Assembly (NCBI GenBank): GCA_045862955.1
Contig: BTVI01000022.1
Span: 1 to 57,812, forward strand
Direction of reading: 5' to 3'
Source: Fimbriimonadales bacterium
GTDB taxonomy: Bacteria > Armatimonadota > Fimbriimonadia > Fimbriimonadales > JABRVX01
DNA length: 57,812 nucleotides
Part shown: positions 47,918 to 57,682 of the stretch, piece by piece
Numbering within the stretch: the first letter of the stretch is position 1
Layout of the letters: every line of letters starts with the position of its first letter
Translations under genes and position numbers: made by a program
Notes under the pieces: generated by a model
What the model was told of the DNA's origin: nothing
Databases searched by the model: none
What the model saw: only the letters and a program-made list of their open reading frames with translations

Positions 47918-50857
47918 GTGCCGAAACCCCTTCCGAACGGCTCCGTGACGCTGTTGATGACAGACATCGAAGCGAGTACGGAGAAGTGGGAGCGATATCC
48001 AGGTGCCATGCGCGATGCCGTGGCGCTGCACGACCGCATGTTGCGCAAAGAGATAACCGCTAACCAGGGCCAGATCGTGAAGGCGCTGGGTGACAGCTTT
48101 CTCGCCGTGTTCGAAAGTGCAGGGCAGGCAGCACGCGCCGCTCTCGGCATCCAGCGCGCGCTCAAGGCGTTGGAGTGGCCCATACCCGAGCCGCTCCGAG
48201 TTCGCATTGGGCTCAATAGCGGTGACCTATCGCCCGAGGGCAACGACTACTTCGGCCCGCCGGTCAACCGACTTGCGCGAATCGTTGCGGCGGGCCACGG
48301 TGGGCAGATCCTAGCCTCGGACACTACTGCCAAGCTACTGCCAAACAACAACGGCTGGGAGATCCGCGACCTCGGAATGCACCGGTTGACGGGAGTGCCC
48401 GAGGCACAGCGCATCTATCAGCTCGTGGCTGGCGACGGGCCGGAGGAGTTCGCACCGTTGCGCACGCCCGAGGTCCAACCGAACAACCTTCCGCTGGAGA
48501 TCACGGAGTTCTTCGGTAGACAGTCCGAGATCGAGATGCTAGGTAAGCTGCTGCGGCGCCCAGAGACCGCACTCGTAACGCTAACAGGCCCCGGGGGCGT
48601 CGGCAAGAGCCGGCTGGCAGCGCGCGTAGCGGAAGACCTGATGCCACACTACGAGCACGGAGTGTGGTGGATTCCCCTCTCGGCGCTACCGCCAAACGTT
48701 GGGCAGGACGAGCTCGCCACGCGGGCGATGCGGGCGATGCGCATGGCCTACGACGAGGGCGATCCGGTGGAGCAACTCCTGGACCGACTCTCGGCAAGGC
48801 ACTCGCTGGTGCTATGGGACGGGTTCGAGCGACAGATCGACTCCGCGGGCCTGGTGTCTGCCATCATGCATAGCTGTCCGAAGGTTACCCAGCTGGTCAC
48901 CAGCCGCGAGATTCTCAGGTTGGGTGGGGAGTACGAGTGGGTGGTAGGTACCCTACCTCTCGGCGATGCGCTCAGGCTATTCGAAGCGACTGTGCAGCGC
49001 ACGCGGCCGTCCTTCGTCATCGGTCCCGACAACCGCGAACTGATAGAGGAGATATGCCGGAGGCTGGATCACCTGCCCCTGGCAATCGAGCTCGCCGCAG
49101 CGCAGTGTCGCATCTTCTCACCGAGGCAGATTCTCGAACGATTGGGAGACCGGTTTGGCCTGCTGGCGACGGTTCGGAGAGATGTCGAGGAGCGCCAGCG
49201 GTCCCTCGCGGCTGCGATCGCGTGGAGCTATGACAGTCTTACGGAGTCGGAGCAGGAGACCTTTCGCAACCTGTGTGTGTTTCAGGGGCCCTTTACGCTA
49301 GCGGCAGCACAAGCGGTGTGTGGTGGCCCGGACGTGCTGTCCGACATAGCAGGACTGCGCGAGAAGTCGCTGCTGCGCGCGGAGGAAGACGGTGGCGAGA
49401 TGCGCTTCGTCTTGCTGCAGAGTCTCCGCGAATACGGCCTGTCTAAGGTGGCGCAGCACGGCGACATCCTGGACCTCAAGCGGCGCCATGCGTCCTTCTA
49501 TGCCGAAACGTTGTCCGAACTAACGCACAGCGAGTGGCAGTGGTTTCCATTTGCCTACGTGAAGCGCCTGGTGCAGGCGCGCGACCAGTTACGCGCCGCC
49601 GCCCACTACACGCAGGAGCTCGCAGACGGTCCCCTAACTGCACGGTTGGTGTCGGCCGTAGTGCGCTTGCCGCAGTTACTCATGCCCTTCTCGCGCGGCG
49701 AGCTCGTTAGTTGGATCGAGTCCTCCTTGCCGGCACTGGAGGCCTTCGCTCCACCGGAGGCGCGAGCCAGAGCGCTGTATCTGCTCGGCGCACACAAAGT
49801 TCGCCAGATGCCGGGCTCGGACGAGGGGGTCCGCTTGGTGAACCAGGCGTTGCAGCTTGCGCGAGAGGCGAACATGCCTTACGACCTGTGTATGTTTCTC
49901 GCCAGCTCCTCGGTAATGCTGCCCGAGCGCAGGGAGGAGTACCTTGCCGAACTGGAGGGACTGGCATCCACCGGAAACCCCTACGCCATTCTGTTCTGGC
50001 ACGTGTTCTCCGGGCGTGCCCTCGCTTCCGAGAGGCGCCTGGAGGAGGCGTTCGCTCGCACGCAGGCAGCCACCATCCCGCTGCAGCGCTCGGGCAGTAC
50101 GGAGTTGTTGGTGGCGCTTCAGGTCATGCTGGCAGACCTAGCACTGGTGTTGCACGGCGCCGAGCGAGCGAAGCGGCTCTTGGACGAGATCCAGTACGAC
50201 AATCTGGAGGAACTGGACTACGAGCTAGGCGCTTCGATGATGCGCTTGTACGTGAGGGTGGAAGCACTGTTAGGCAATCTGGACAAGGCGGAGGAGTGGG
50301 CAGAGCGAGCCACCTGGTGGCATGAAGTCGCAGAGGACGTCGCGCTCGCCTCGGTCGCACACGCCACCCAGGCAGGGCTCGCGCTCATACGTGGCAACTT
50401 GGATGCCGCCGAGGATCACGTGCGTAGGGCGCGCAGCTGGCTGGCCAACGTCGAGGTGCCACACCTGCGAATACACTACCTGTTCGCTGCTGCGGAGCTG
50501 GCGTTGGCAAAGGGTAAGCCCGACGAGGCCCTGAGCCACCTGTGCGAGATCGACACACACACCAGTTGGGTGATCTTGGAGCCGTGGCGTGAGCGCAAGA
50601 TAGCGCTTACGGCCTGCGCGGAATGGCTGCGCGGCAACGAGCGGTCGGCGGCGCGCCTGTTCGCCTTTGCCATGGCGAAGGGCAGTCCGCTGATGGAAGA
50701 CGGCGTCGCGCTGTCACGGTTTCGCTCGGTGTGGCGAGATTTCCAGGAGCGGTGTGATCGCGCCATTATCGAAGAAGGAGAGAACGACGCAGTGCACTGG
50801 TCTGTGGAGCAAGCCCTTGCCGCCGCACAGGAGATCTGCGATCAGGCTAGGGGGTAG
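47918..50857 (+). CDS. Class III adenylate/guanylate cyclase fused to a STAND ATPase and TPR-like helical region
   Basis: TLLMTDIEAST, KALGDSF, DYFGPPVNRLAR, NNLP, LTGPGGVGKS, TSRE, LDHLPLAIELAAA, WSYDSL; GTG start chosen from TACACT 6 nt upstream. Confidence 0.92.
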   Translation: MPKPLPNGSVTLLMTDIEASTEKWERYPGAMRDAVALHDRMLRKEITANQGQIVKALGDSFLAVFESAGQAARAALGIQRALKALEWPIPEPLRVRIGLNSGDLSPEGNDYFGPPVNRLARIVAAGHGGQILASDTTAKLLPNNNGWEIRDLGMHRLTGVPEAQRIYQLVAGDGPEEFAPLRTPEVQPNNLPLEITEFFGRQSEIEMLGKLLRRPETALVTLTGPGGVGKSRLAARVAEDLMPHYEHGVWWIPLSALPPNVGQDELATRAMRAMRMAYDEGDPVEQLLDRLSARHSLVLWDGFERQIDSAGLVSAIMHSCPKVTQLVTSREILRLGGEYEWVVGTLPLGDALRLFEATVQRTRPSFVIGPDNRELIEEICRRLDHLPLAIELAAAQCRIFSPRQILERLGDRFGLLATVRRDVEERQRSLAAAIAWSYDSLTESEQETFRNLCVFQGPFTLAAAQAVCGGPDVLSDIAGLREKSLLRAEEDGGEMRFVLLQSLREYGLSKVAQHGDILDLKRRHASFYAETLSELTHSEWQWFPFAYVKRLVQARDQLRAAAHYTQELADGPLTARLVSAVVRLPQLLMPFSRGELVSWIESSLPALEAFAPPEARARALYLLGAHKVRQMPGSDEGVRLVNQALQLAREANMPYDLCMFLASSSVMLPERREEYLAELEGLASTGNPYAILFWHVFSGRALASERRLEEAFARTQAATIPLQRSGSTELLVALQVMLADLALVLHGAERAKRLLDEIQYDNLEELDYELGASMMRLYVRVEALLGNLDKAEEWAERATWWHEVAEDVALASVAHATQAGLALIRGNLDAAEDHVRRARSWLANVEVPHLRIHYLFAAAELALAKGKPDEALSHLCEIDTHTSWVILEPWRERKIALTACAEWLRGNERSAARLFAFAMAKGSPLMEDGVALSRFRSVWRDFQERCDRAIIEEGENDAVHWSVEQALAAAQEICDQARG

Positions 50858-50925
50858 TAGGGGAGTTCTAGCCAGTCGGAGAGGATGGGACAGTGAGAGC
50901 GTGCAGCCGCCCCGGACCGTCATAC

Positions 50926-52310
50926 CGTCATGCTGAGCCTGTCGAAGCATGACGGACTCCTAATCCCTCACGGCTCGCAGAGGTGAGGGTCGGGCGTCCT
51001 AGAGGCCATGCCGAGGTTGTCGAAGCATGCGGCCCCATCCCTTAGCGCACCTCCAAGCACCGTCATGCTGAGCCTGTCGAAGCATGTGGCCCCATCCCTC
51101 AGCGCACCTCCAAGGACCGTCATGCTGAGCCTGTCGAAGCATGACGGACTCCTGAATCTTCACGGCTCGCAGAGGTGAGGGTCGAGCGTCCTAGCGGCCA
51201 TGCCGAGGTTGTCGAAGCATGCGGCCCCATCCCTCAGCGCACCTCCAAGGACCGTCATGCTGAGCCTGTCGAAGCATGCCATCGGTGAGTGCGAGCGCCA
51301 CCGAGTGAAATCGAGAACGTGCGGCCGGCGGTCCCATGCTTCGACAAGCTCAGCATGACGTTAGGTTGAACATGACGTACGGGTCAGCATGACGACAGGC
51401 TTGGCATGACGTAAGGTTCAGCACGACGCCGTGCTCAGCATGACGGCAACCTCAGCGTGACAGCAGGCTCAGCATGACGTCGGCAGCGACCCATCGTCAA
51501 GGAGACGTGTGGCACAGCCGCTGGCAAGCCGGAATCACCCGCGACGCCCCAAAACCGTCATGCTGAGCCTGTCGAAGCATGACGGACCTCCTAATCCCTC
51601 ACGGCTCGCAGAGGTGAGGGTCGGGCGTCCTAGAGGCCATGCCGAGGTTGTCGAAGCATGTGGCCGCATCCCTTAGCGCACCTCCAAAGACCGTCATGCT
51701 GAGCCTGTCGAAGCATGGCGGACTCCTAATCCCTGACGGCTCGCAGAGGTGCGGGTCGGGCGTCCTAGAGGCCATGCCGAGGTTATCGAAGCATGCGGCC
51801 GCATCCCTTAGCGCACCTCCAAAGACCGTCATGCTGAGCCTGTCGAAGCATGGCATCGGTGAGTGCCAGCGCCACCGAGCGAATTCGAGAACGTGCAGCC
51901 GGCGGCCCCATGCTTCGACAAGCTCAGCATGACGTCGCCAGCGACCCATCGTCTGGGAGACGTGAGGCACAGCCGCTGGCAAGCCGGAATCACCCGCGAC
52001 GAACGTGAATCTCATCCCCCACCGCTCGCAGAAGGCGGGGTCACTGGGAAGGAGGCACCGCACCCGCGGCGTCCCAATCCGTCATGCTGAGTTTGTCGAA
52101 GCATGGCATCGGTGAGCGCCAGTGCCACCGAGCGAATTCGAGAACGTGCAGCCGGCGGCCCCATGCTTCGACAATCTCAGCATGACGTAGGGCTGAGGCA
52201 TGACGACAGGCTTGGCACGACGTAAGGTTCAGCACGACGCCGGGCTCAGCATGACGGCAAGCTCAGCGTGATAGCAGGTTGAGCATGACGTCGGGCTCAG
52301 CATGACCTCG
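50926..52310. repeat. REP-like cluster, about 15 copies/variants of the 26-bp core, with two 17-bp minisatellites
   Basis: cgtcatgctgagcctgtcgaagcatg at 50926, 51061, 51118, 51253, 51556, 51692, 51827, 52080; variants ggccatgccgaggttgtcgaagcatg; three reverse copies. Confidence 0.95.
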
Positions 52311-52344
52311 CCAGTGACCCACCCTCTCGGAGGGGGTAGACTCG

Positions 52345-53496
52345 TCAGCTTGTGCGGACTGGGGCTGGCCTTCCGGTCGGCCGGAGGTTGGGCAGGGACT
52401 TGCCCCACACGCGTTTGGCCTCCTCGATATAGAACACGTAGTTCTCCAGCGGCACGTCGGGAGGCACGCGGTGGTCCGGAGTCGGAATATATCCCCCCTC
52501 TTCTACGAGCGGCGCGAGGCGTTCGACTTCGCGGCGGATGGCATCCTCGTCGCTAGCAAGGATTAGCTTGCTCACCCCGCCGATCAGTAGCATCTCCCGA
52601 CCATACTGACGGCGGAGGGCGACTGGGTCGAGGCCCCACACACCTACCTCGATCGGGAACATGGTGTTGACGCCCGCCTGGAGCCACAGAGGTGCTAGTA
52701 GCGATATGTCACCATCGCAATCCAGAACTACCACGTCCACGCCGTAGCGCCTTAGCAGCGAGGTGATGCGCTGGTACTGCGGGACTAACACCTCTGCGAA
52801 CACCTTCGGGGATATCAGCGGGCCGGCACGGTAGCACATGTCCTCCCACATGGAGGCGTACTCGCAATGCACGCCTGATTCCAGCGCCGGGGTGATGGCA
52901 TCCATGATACACTGCGTTACGGTTGCCACCATCTCCTCGAACAGCGTGCGGTCCTCGTGCACCAAATAGGAGATTGCCTCCACACCCATCCAATCCCGCA
53001 ACCACCCATACAGCGAGCCGGCCGGGACCCCGATGGGATAGTCACGGGCAGGGTCCAGCGCGCGGCGCAGGAACTCCGGCCACTCCGCAGAGTAGCGCGT
53101 CGGGTCCTGCCCATTCAGCCGCCACCGGAACTCGCGCTCCCAGCTTTGTCGATCCTTCAGCGTGTGGTCCAGGTACTTCGGGATGGACAGGTTGCGCTTG
53201 TCCTCCAGCTTGGTCACGCCGTCGCAATCGCGCACGATCCGGGTCTCACCCAAGTCTTCCAGCACCAACGTGTCGAACACGGGCCACATTCCGACGCGGA
53301 TCGGTGCTTCGATCCACTGGGGGTCCATGCCGAAGAAGTCGTCCGGGTGCGACTCCTCTGGCATGCCCTGGCGGCGCCACTCGATGAGCGTCTCCTCCCA
53401 GAAGCCGAAGTCCATGATGGGACAGCGGTCGCGCGGCAGGTAGTGCATGGTTGCGTGGAAGCGTTCTCGTGCGTTCATCTCGTCGCAGTTCGACAC
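52345..53496 (-). CDS. Uroporphyrinogen decarboxylase (URO-D/CIMS-like) family protein
   Basis: NARERF, DWMGVE, WEDMCY, PLISP, DCDGD, GVNTMFPIE, GGYIPTPDH. Confidence 0.9.
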   Translation of the reverse strand: MSNCDEMNARERFHATMHYLPRDRCPIMDFGFWEETLIEWRRQGMPEESHPDDFFGMDPQWIEAPIRVGMWPVFDTLVLEDLGETRIVRDCDGVTKLEDKRNLSIPKYLDHTLKDRQSWEREFRWRLNGQDPTRYSAEWPEFLRRALDPARDYPIGVPAGSLYGWLRDWMGVEAISYLVHEDRTLFEEMVATVTQCIMDAITPALESGVHCEYASMWEDMCYRAGPLISPKVFAEVLVPQYQRITSLLRRYGVDVVVLDCDGDISLLAPLWLQAGVNTMFPIEVGVWGLDPVALRRQYGREMLLIGGVSKLILASDEDAIRREVERLAPLVEEGGYIPTPDHRVPPDVPLENYVFYIEEAKRVWGKSLPNLRPTGRPAPVRTS

Positions 53497-53544
53497 CGCC
53501 TTTCCCCATCCTGTTACCTGTTTGGAGGCCCAGGGATTGTGTGC

Positions 53545-54210
53545 TCAGGAGGCTGCTTCGAACTGCAGCGAGGGCCATCTCCGCCGACACCTCCGCGACA
53601 GCCCCACGGCCGCTGCACCGATGCAGATGGCGCTAAGACCCGCCGGCTGGGGCACCAGTTCGAAGTACCACACTTCCCATTCCTCATAGGAGTTGCGGGG
53701 GAGCCAAAGCAAGTCGCCCCGTGCATTGGCCGAAACACCCATTCGGGAGACCCAGCGCCTGCCTGGAACGGCCTCGTACGCGTTCTCCGTCACGTTCGCG
53801 TCGTCCAGAAACAGTTTTTAGCGTGCTTCGACGTGGAGCCCAGCCACAGCGCGCGGCCCGAGGACGCGAAGCCCGCCAGGCTGCTCCGCCTGTTAGGATC
53901 CCACTCCAGCAAGGGTAGCTCTCACGTGTGCACCAGGATGGTCCTGTCGCGCATCATCAGTACGGAGATGAGGTCCGTGCGCCGGATGTGCACGCGCCAG
54001 TCCCGCACGTGTCGCCCCCGTTCGAGAACGAGCCCGCGCAGGTAGCCGTTCCCCTCCGACTGGAAGAGAGCGAGGAAGTTGTCATGGGAGTCCACCGCGA
54101 TGTGGGGCGTGGCGTCGGTGTTCGGCGCCCCGTGCTCGCCTTCAGCGAACGACGTGTCGGGCTCCGAGCCGACCGACACCGGGGCGGACGCCTTCCAGCA
54201 TCCGCAACCA
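53545..54210 (-). pseudogene. Decayed PEP-CTERM-like protein, 5' end interrupted by a repeat cluster
   Basis: C-terminus ANARGDLLW...VPQPAGLSAICIGAAAVGLSRRCRRR; frameshift at the A5 run near 53816-53820 (restores KLFLDDANVTE); in-frame TGA 53922-53924. Confidence 0.7.
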
Positions 54211-54214
54211 TGAC

Positions 54215-54860
54215 CGTCCTGCTGAGCGTGGTCACGCTGAACCCGGTCACACGGGACCTGCTCGAGGCGAGCCTGGCCGTTCTGAGCCTGGTCTTGCTCA
54301 ACCTCGTCATGCTGAGCTTGTCGAAGCATGACCTGGTTGTCCGCATGGTGGCGGCCTGCGATGCAACGCTTGCGGCTTGCGGTCGCATGCTTCGACAGGC
54401 TCAGCATGACGGGTAAGGGTGTGGTGGGTAGAGCCATGACGGGGAGGACACGTGGCGGGGAGGGCGTGTGAAAGGTAAGGGTGTGGTGGGTAGCGGTATG
54501 ACGAGGAAGGGGTTGACGGGTAGGGGTGTGACCCCCCAAAGAAAGAATCCGAGGTTATGGCTTGTCGGTCGAGGTTGCAGCTGAACCTTGTCATGCTGAG
54601 CCTGGTCATACGGAGATTGGCTATCCTCAACCTCGTCATGCTGAGCTTAGCCATCCTCAACTTCGTCATGCTGAGCTTGTCGAAGCATGACCTCGTCGTC
54701 CGCATGGTGGCGGCTTCCGATGCAACGCTTGCGGCTTGCGGTCGCATGCTTCGACAGGCTCAGCATGACGGGTAAGGGTGTGGCGGATAGAGCCATGACG
54801 GGAGGAGATGTGACGGGGAGGGTGTGACCCCCCCAAAAAAGAATCCGAGGTAATAGCTCG
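54215..54860. repeat. Two ~359-bp units, each with a 15-bp minisatellite, an inverted REP doublet and a G-rich tract
   Basis: Core at 54305 and 54664 with reverse copies ~80 bp later; gggtaagggtgtgg and gtgtgaccccccaaa..agaatccgagg duplicated. Confidence 0.92.
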
Positions 54861-55170
54861 TCGGTCTAGGCTGGAGGTGTGGCGGGTGGGGGTGTGAGGC
54901 GGGGACGAGGAGCGAGGCCCACCTCGGGACACTCTGCATCTCGGGTCCTCCCTCGTGGGTCCCGTGCCGTCGCACACCCGCGTCATCCAGCAGGCCAAAG
55001 ACGCGGCGCATCAACCCGACGCCTCTCCGCCCCGGCACGTCTGCGGGGGACCCCATCCGATGTCATGCTAACAGAGGTTACGCGGTCTGTCAAGACACCT
55101 ACCGATGCAGTCCGCGGCAGGCCCCGTCACCCGTACATGCGATTCCGGGCTCGGGCACGACGAGTGTTCG

Positions 55171-56589
55171 TTAGTCGCCGAGACGAGGCAGGCGAAGGAA
55201 GATCGTCGGTGTCCGGTCGTTGGTAAGCCGAAGGAGGCGCGTCTCCATCCGAATTGCCACCCACTCGGAGTTCTCGGTTGGAATGGGCAGGGACATCTCT
55301 AGCATGTTGGAGCGCCAGTACACCCGCTCGCCCTGCGCCCCTAGGCTCGGCCGAATGCTCTTCTCGTCGAAGTGTACGGTCTGCCCCTCGGCGTCGAACC
55401 ACCTAGCCAGGACACGATACTCTCCCGAGCGCGCAACCCGCCCGGCCATATCGAAGCGGAGGTGCAATAGACCCGCCGAGCCTGCGGCATACACGGCCTC
55501 CACGTCCAAGCCCGGCACGATGTTCCGTACCAGCTTGTCGGCAACGGGCTCCCTCGACACCGGCTCCAGACCGGCCCATTCCTCGCTAGCGTTACCGAGA
55601 ACGATTGGTCGGTGCGCGACTCGGTACGGCTGGGGGACTTCGAAGAACAGCTCGTTGGCACGCACGAAACTGCTCAGGAATCGTCCAAGCAGCCGGGTCT
55701 GCGACGCATAGGAGCGGAGTGCCACGCCTTTGGCGGCCGTCTCCTCCCTGGTCAGCGGAAAGTAGAGCGCGTCGCGGTCGTCGAAGTTACTCGGAGGCTT
55801 CAGCGACGCCTCCGGATAGCGCCCCTGCGGGATAGGCCAGTCGCCGCGATGGATTAAGTAGCCGTAGACACGGGGCCGTTGCCGAGCTTCGGTTAGGTAT
55901 CGGAGCAGAGCGGCTTGCAGGAAGGTGCAAGACATGGCGTGGTCCAGGTGGTCATCGAGAGGGTGGGTGACGAAGACGCGAGTGGGCTTGGTCTCCATCA
56001 GGAGCGCATACAGGTCCTGAGCGAGGTCGCCACCGGTCGGTCGGTACACAGGATCTTCTTCGCTCCCGGCCAGGCGCGTGCGGACCGGCTCGCTCCAGTG
56101 CTTGCTCCATAGGGTGGCGAGCCCTTTATCCGGATAGCCGAGGAACCGCAGCCGGTCATCGGGCAGGCCAAGCGTACGAAGGGCCTCTCGGCTCTCGAGA
56201 CGCCGCTTGGCTGCATACTCCCGGTAGTCCTCGCGCGAAGGTTCGAGCGTGCGCTCCTCCAGTGCAACGCTAGGTTCGAAGGCCTCCCCGTTGGTGATCA
56301 CGGCGACCGTAACCTCGGCGCCGTTCTTCAGGGCGCGCTGGATCAGCCCACCGCAACCTAGAAGCTCATCGTCCGGGTGAGGAGCGATGACGAGCAGACG
56401 TTCTCCGGCGCGCGGCTGCGGCAGCAGGGCGCTGATCGGGCTGGGTGAGGCGCGCGCCGTCAGGTGTAGCTCGCCGTAGTAGACGAGCGTAGCCGTGAGC
56501 AGAAACACGGCAGGTAGGCCAAGGCCGAAGCCGAGACCCCGCCGCCACCCGGCTCGACGCTGCTTCAGGTTGGAGTCCGAAGGTTGCAA
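55171..56589 (-). CDS. Membrane-anchored PIG-L family deacetylase with C-terminal extension
   Basis: TM segment, IAPHPDDE, TNGE, FLGYPD, DDHLDH, YASQ. Confidence 0.92.
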   Translation of the reverse strand: MQPSDSNLKQRRAGWRRGLGFGLGLPAVFLLTATLVYYGELHLTARASPSPISALLPQPRAGERLLVIAPHPDDELLGCGGLIQRALKNGAEVTVAVITNGEAFEPSVALEERTLEPSREDYREYAAKRRLESREALRTLGLPDDRLRFLGYPDKGLATLWSKHWSEPVRTRLAGSEEDPVYRPTGGDLAQDLYALLMETKPTRVFVTHPLDDHLDHAMSCTFLQAALLRYLTEARQRPRVYGYLIHRGDWPIPQGRYPEASLKPPSNFDDRDALYFPLTREETAAKGVALRSYASQTRLLGRFLSSFVRANELFFEVPQPYRVAHRPIVLGNASEEWAGLEPVSREPVADKLVRNIVPGLDVEAVYAAGSAGLLHLRFDMAGRVARSGEYRVLARWFDAEGQTVHFDEKSIRPSLGAQGERVYWRSNMLEMSLPIPTENSEWVAIRMETRLLRLTNDRTPTIFLRLPRLGD

Positions 56590-56862
56590 CGGCTAGCTCC
56601 CCGTGTTGGATGCCGGGCAACGCTCTGCCGGCCTCTCGAGCGAAGAGGTCGCGAACGTCTCATGCAGGTTCTCGCAGAGTTCGGCCCGAGGGCACTCCAC
56701 GGGCGCCGAGGCGCGTGATACCATGTGGCTCCAGCTCCCCCGAGGAGATGATAGCCGATCCGCCTGTGGGGCGGCAACGCGTGGAATGGCGGGTTCGGGG
56801 TGCGAGGAGCACGCGAGAGGCCGCCGACCTACGGGCTCGACAGGTCGGCGGCCTCTGCTCGA

Positions 56863-57219
56863 CTAGCGAGTGGCGTACTTACCCATGCCGGTCACGTCGA
56901 TGAGGACTACGGGCTCGTTCCCGACGACCCAAGCGTCGTGCCCGGGAGGGAGCTTGGAAACATCGCCCGGCCCGAACTCGTCCTCGCTGCCGTCGTCCAT
57001 GCGGACGCGCAGCCTGCCCGAGACGTGATACTGGGTGTGCGGGGCGAGGCAGCTCTCGGTCTGAACAATCGGCTTCACCGACTCGGACCATCGCCAGCCG
57101 GGCTGCAAGATTGATCTCCCGAAGGTGATTCCCCCCAGTGTGACGAGATCGAGCTTGCCCTTCGGGAACTCCCGCGTCTCGTCGGGAGAAGCCATGTTCT
57201 TCTTCTCCATTTTGTCCAT
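56863..57219 (-). CDS. Cupin domain protein
   Basis: PDETREF, LQPGWRWSESVKP, HVSGRL, GPGDV, PPGHDAWVVG; gagagg RBS. Confidence 0.9.
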   Translation of the reverse strand: MDKMEKKNMASPDETREFPKGKLDLVTLGGITFGRSILQPGWRWSESVKPIVQTESCLAPHTQYHVSGRLRVRMDDGSEDEFGPGDVSKLPPGHDAWVVGNEPVVLIDVTGMGKYATR

Positions 57220-57474
57220 TAGAACACCTCTCAAGCTTCTTGGCTCGTGAGAGCATCGGCGCCGGCGTACTGGACACGCGGCCCTGACGCTCTCGCTGAA
57301 CGGCGAATCATAGCACGGATGTAGGCGAAAAGTACCGAGCCTCGTGCCGCGGCGGGGAATATGTTCGGTACTTTGGTGGAGGTTTGGACCCGGGGGCTGC
57401 AGGGCTCAGATGCGCAGCATCGTGCATCGCTCTCGCTCCCCGGGGCTCTGGGTTGCCGCCTTCGGGTCTGAAGG

Positions 57475-57647
57475 TTACGGCTTATGAACCGGCGCGGTCC
57501 TTCCGATCACCTCATGCCCGCGGTGCTGACAGGAGGGTGGGGCAGTGCGAGCGTGCAGCCGTTCGGGACCGTCAGAAGGCAGAGCGAGCCTCGAGCACCT
57601 TCGGGTGCTGCGGCGATGTACGCGTCCACGTCGTCCGGCCCATGCAT
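57475..57647 (-). pseudogene. Probable DUF1801/YdhG remnant
   Basis: MHGPDDVDAYIAAAPEGARGSL resembles the DUF1801 N-terminus; similarity lost after ~22 codons. Confidence 0.45.
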
Positions 57648-57682
57648 TTTGGGCTGCCTCTGAGCTCGAAACCGATTGCTGC

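Noticed and set aside
50926..52310. CRISPR-like array
   Set aside because: Irregular spacing, duplicated spacers and inverted copies; REP-like instead
52957..54045. 362-aa plus-strand ORF (likewise 44809-45999 minus)
   Set aside because: Antisense to well-supported genes, as expected in GC-rich DNA
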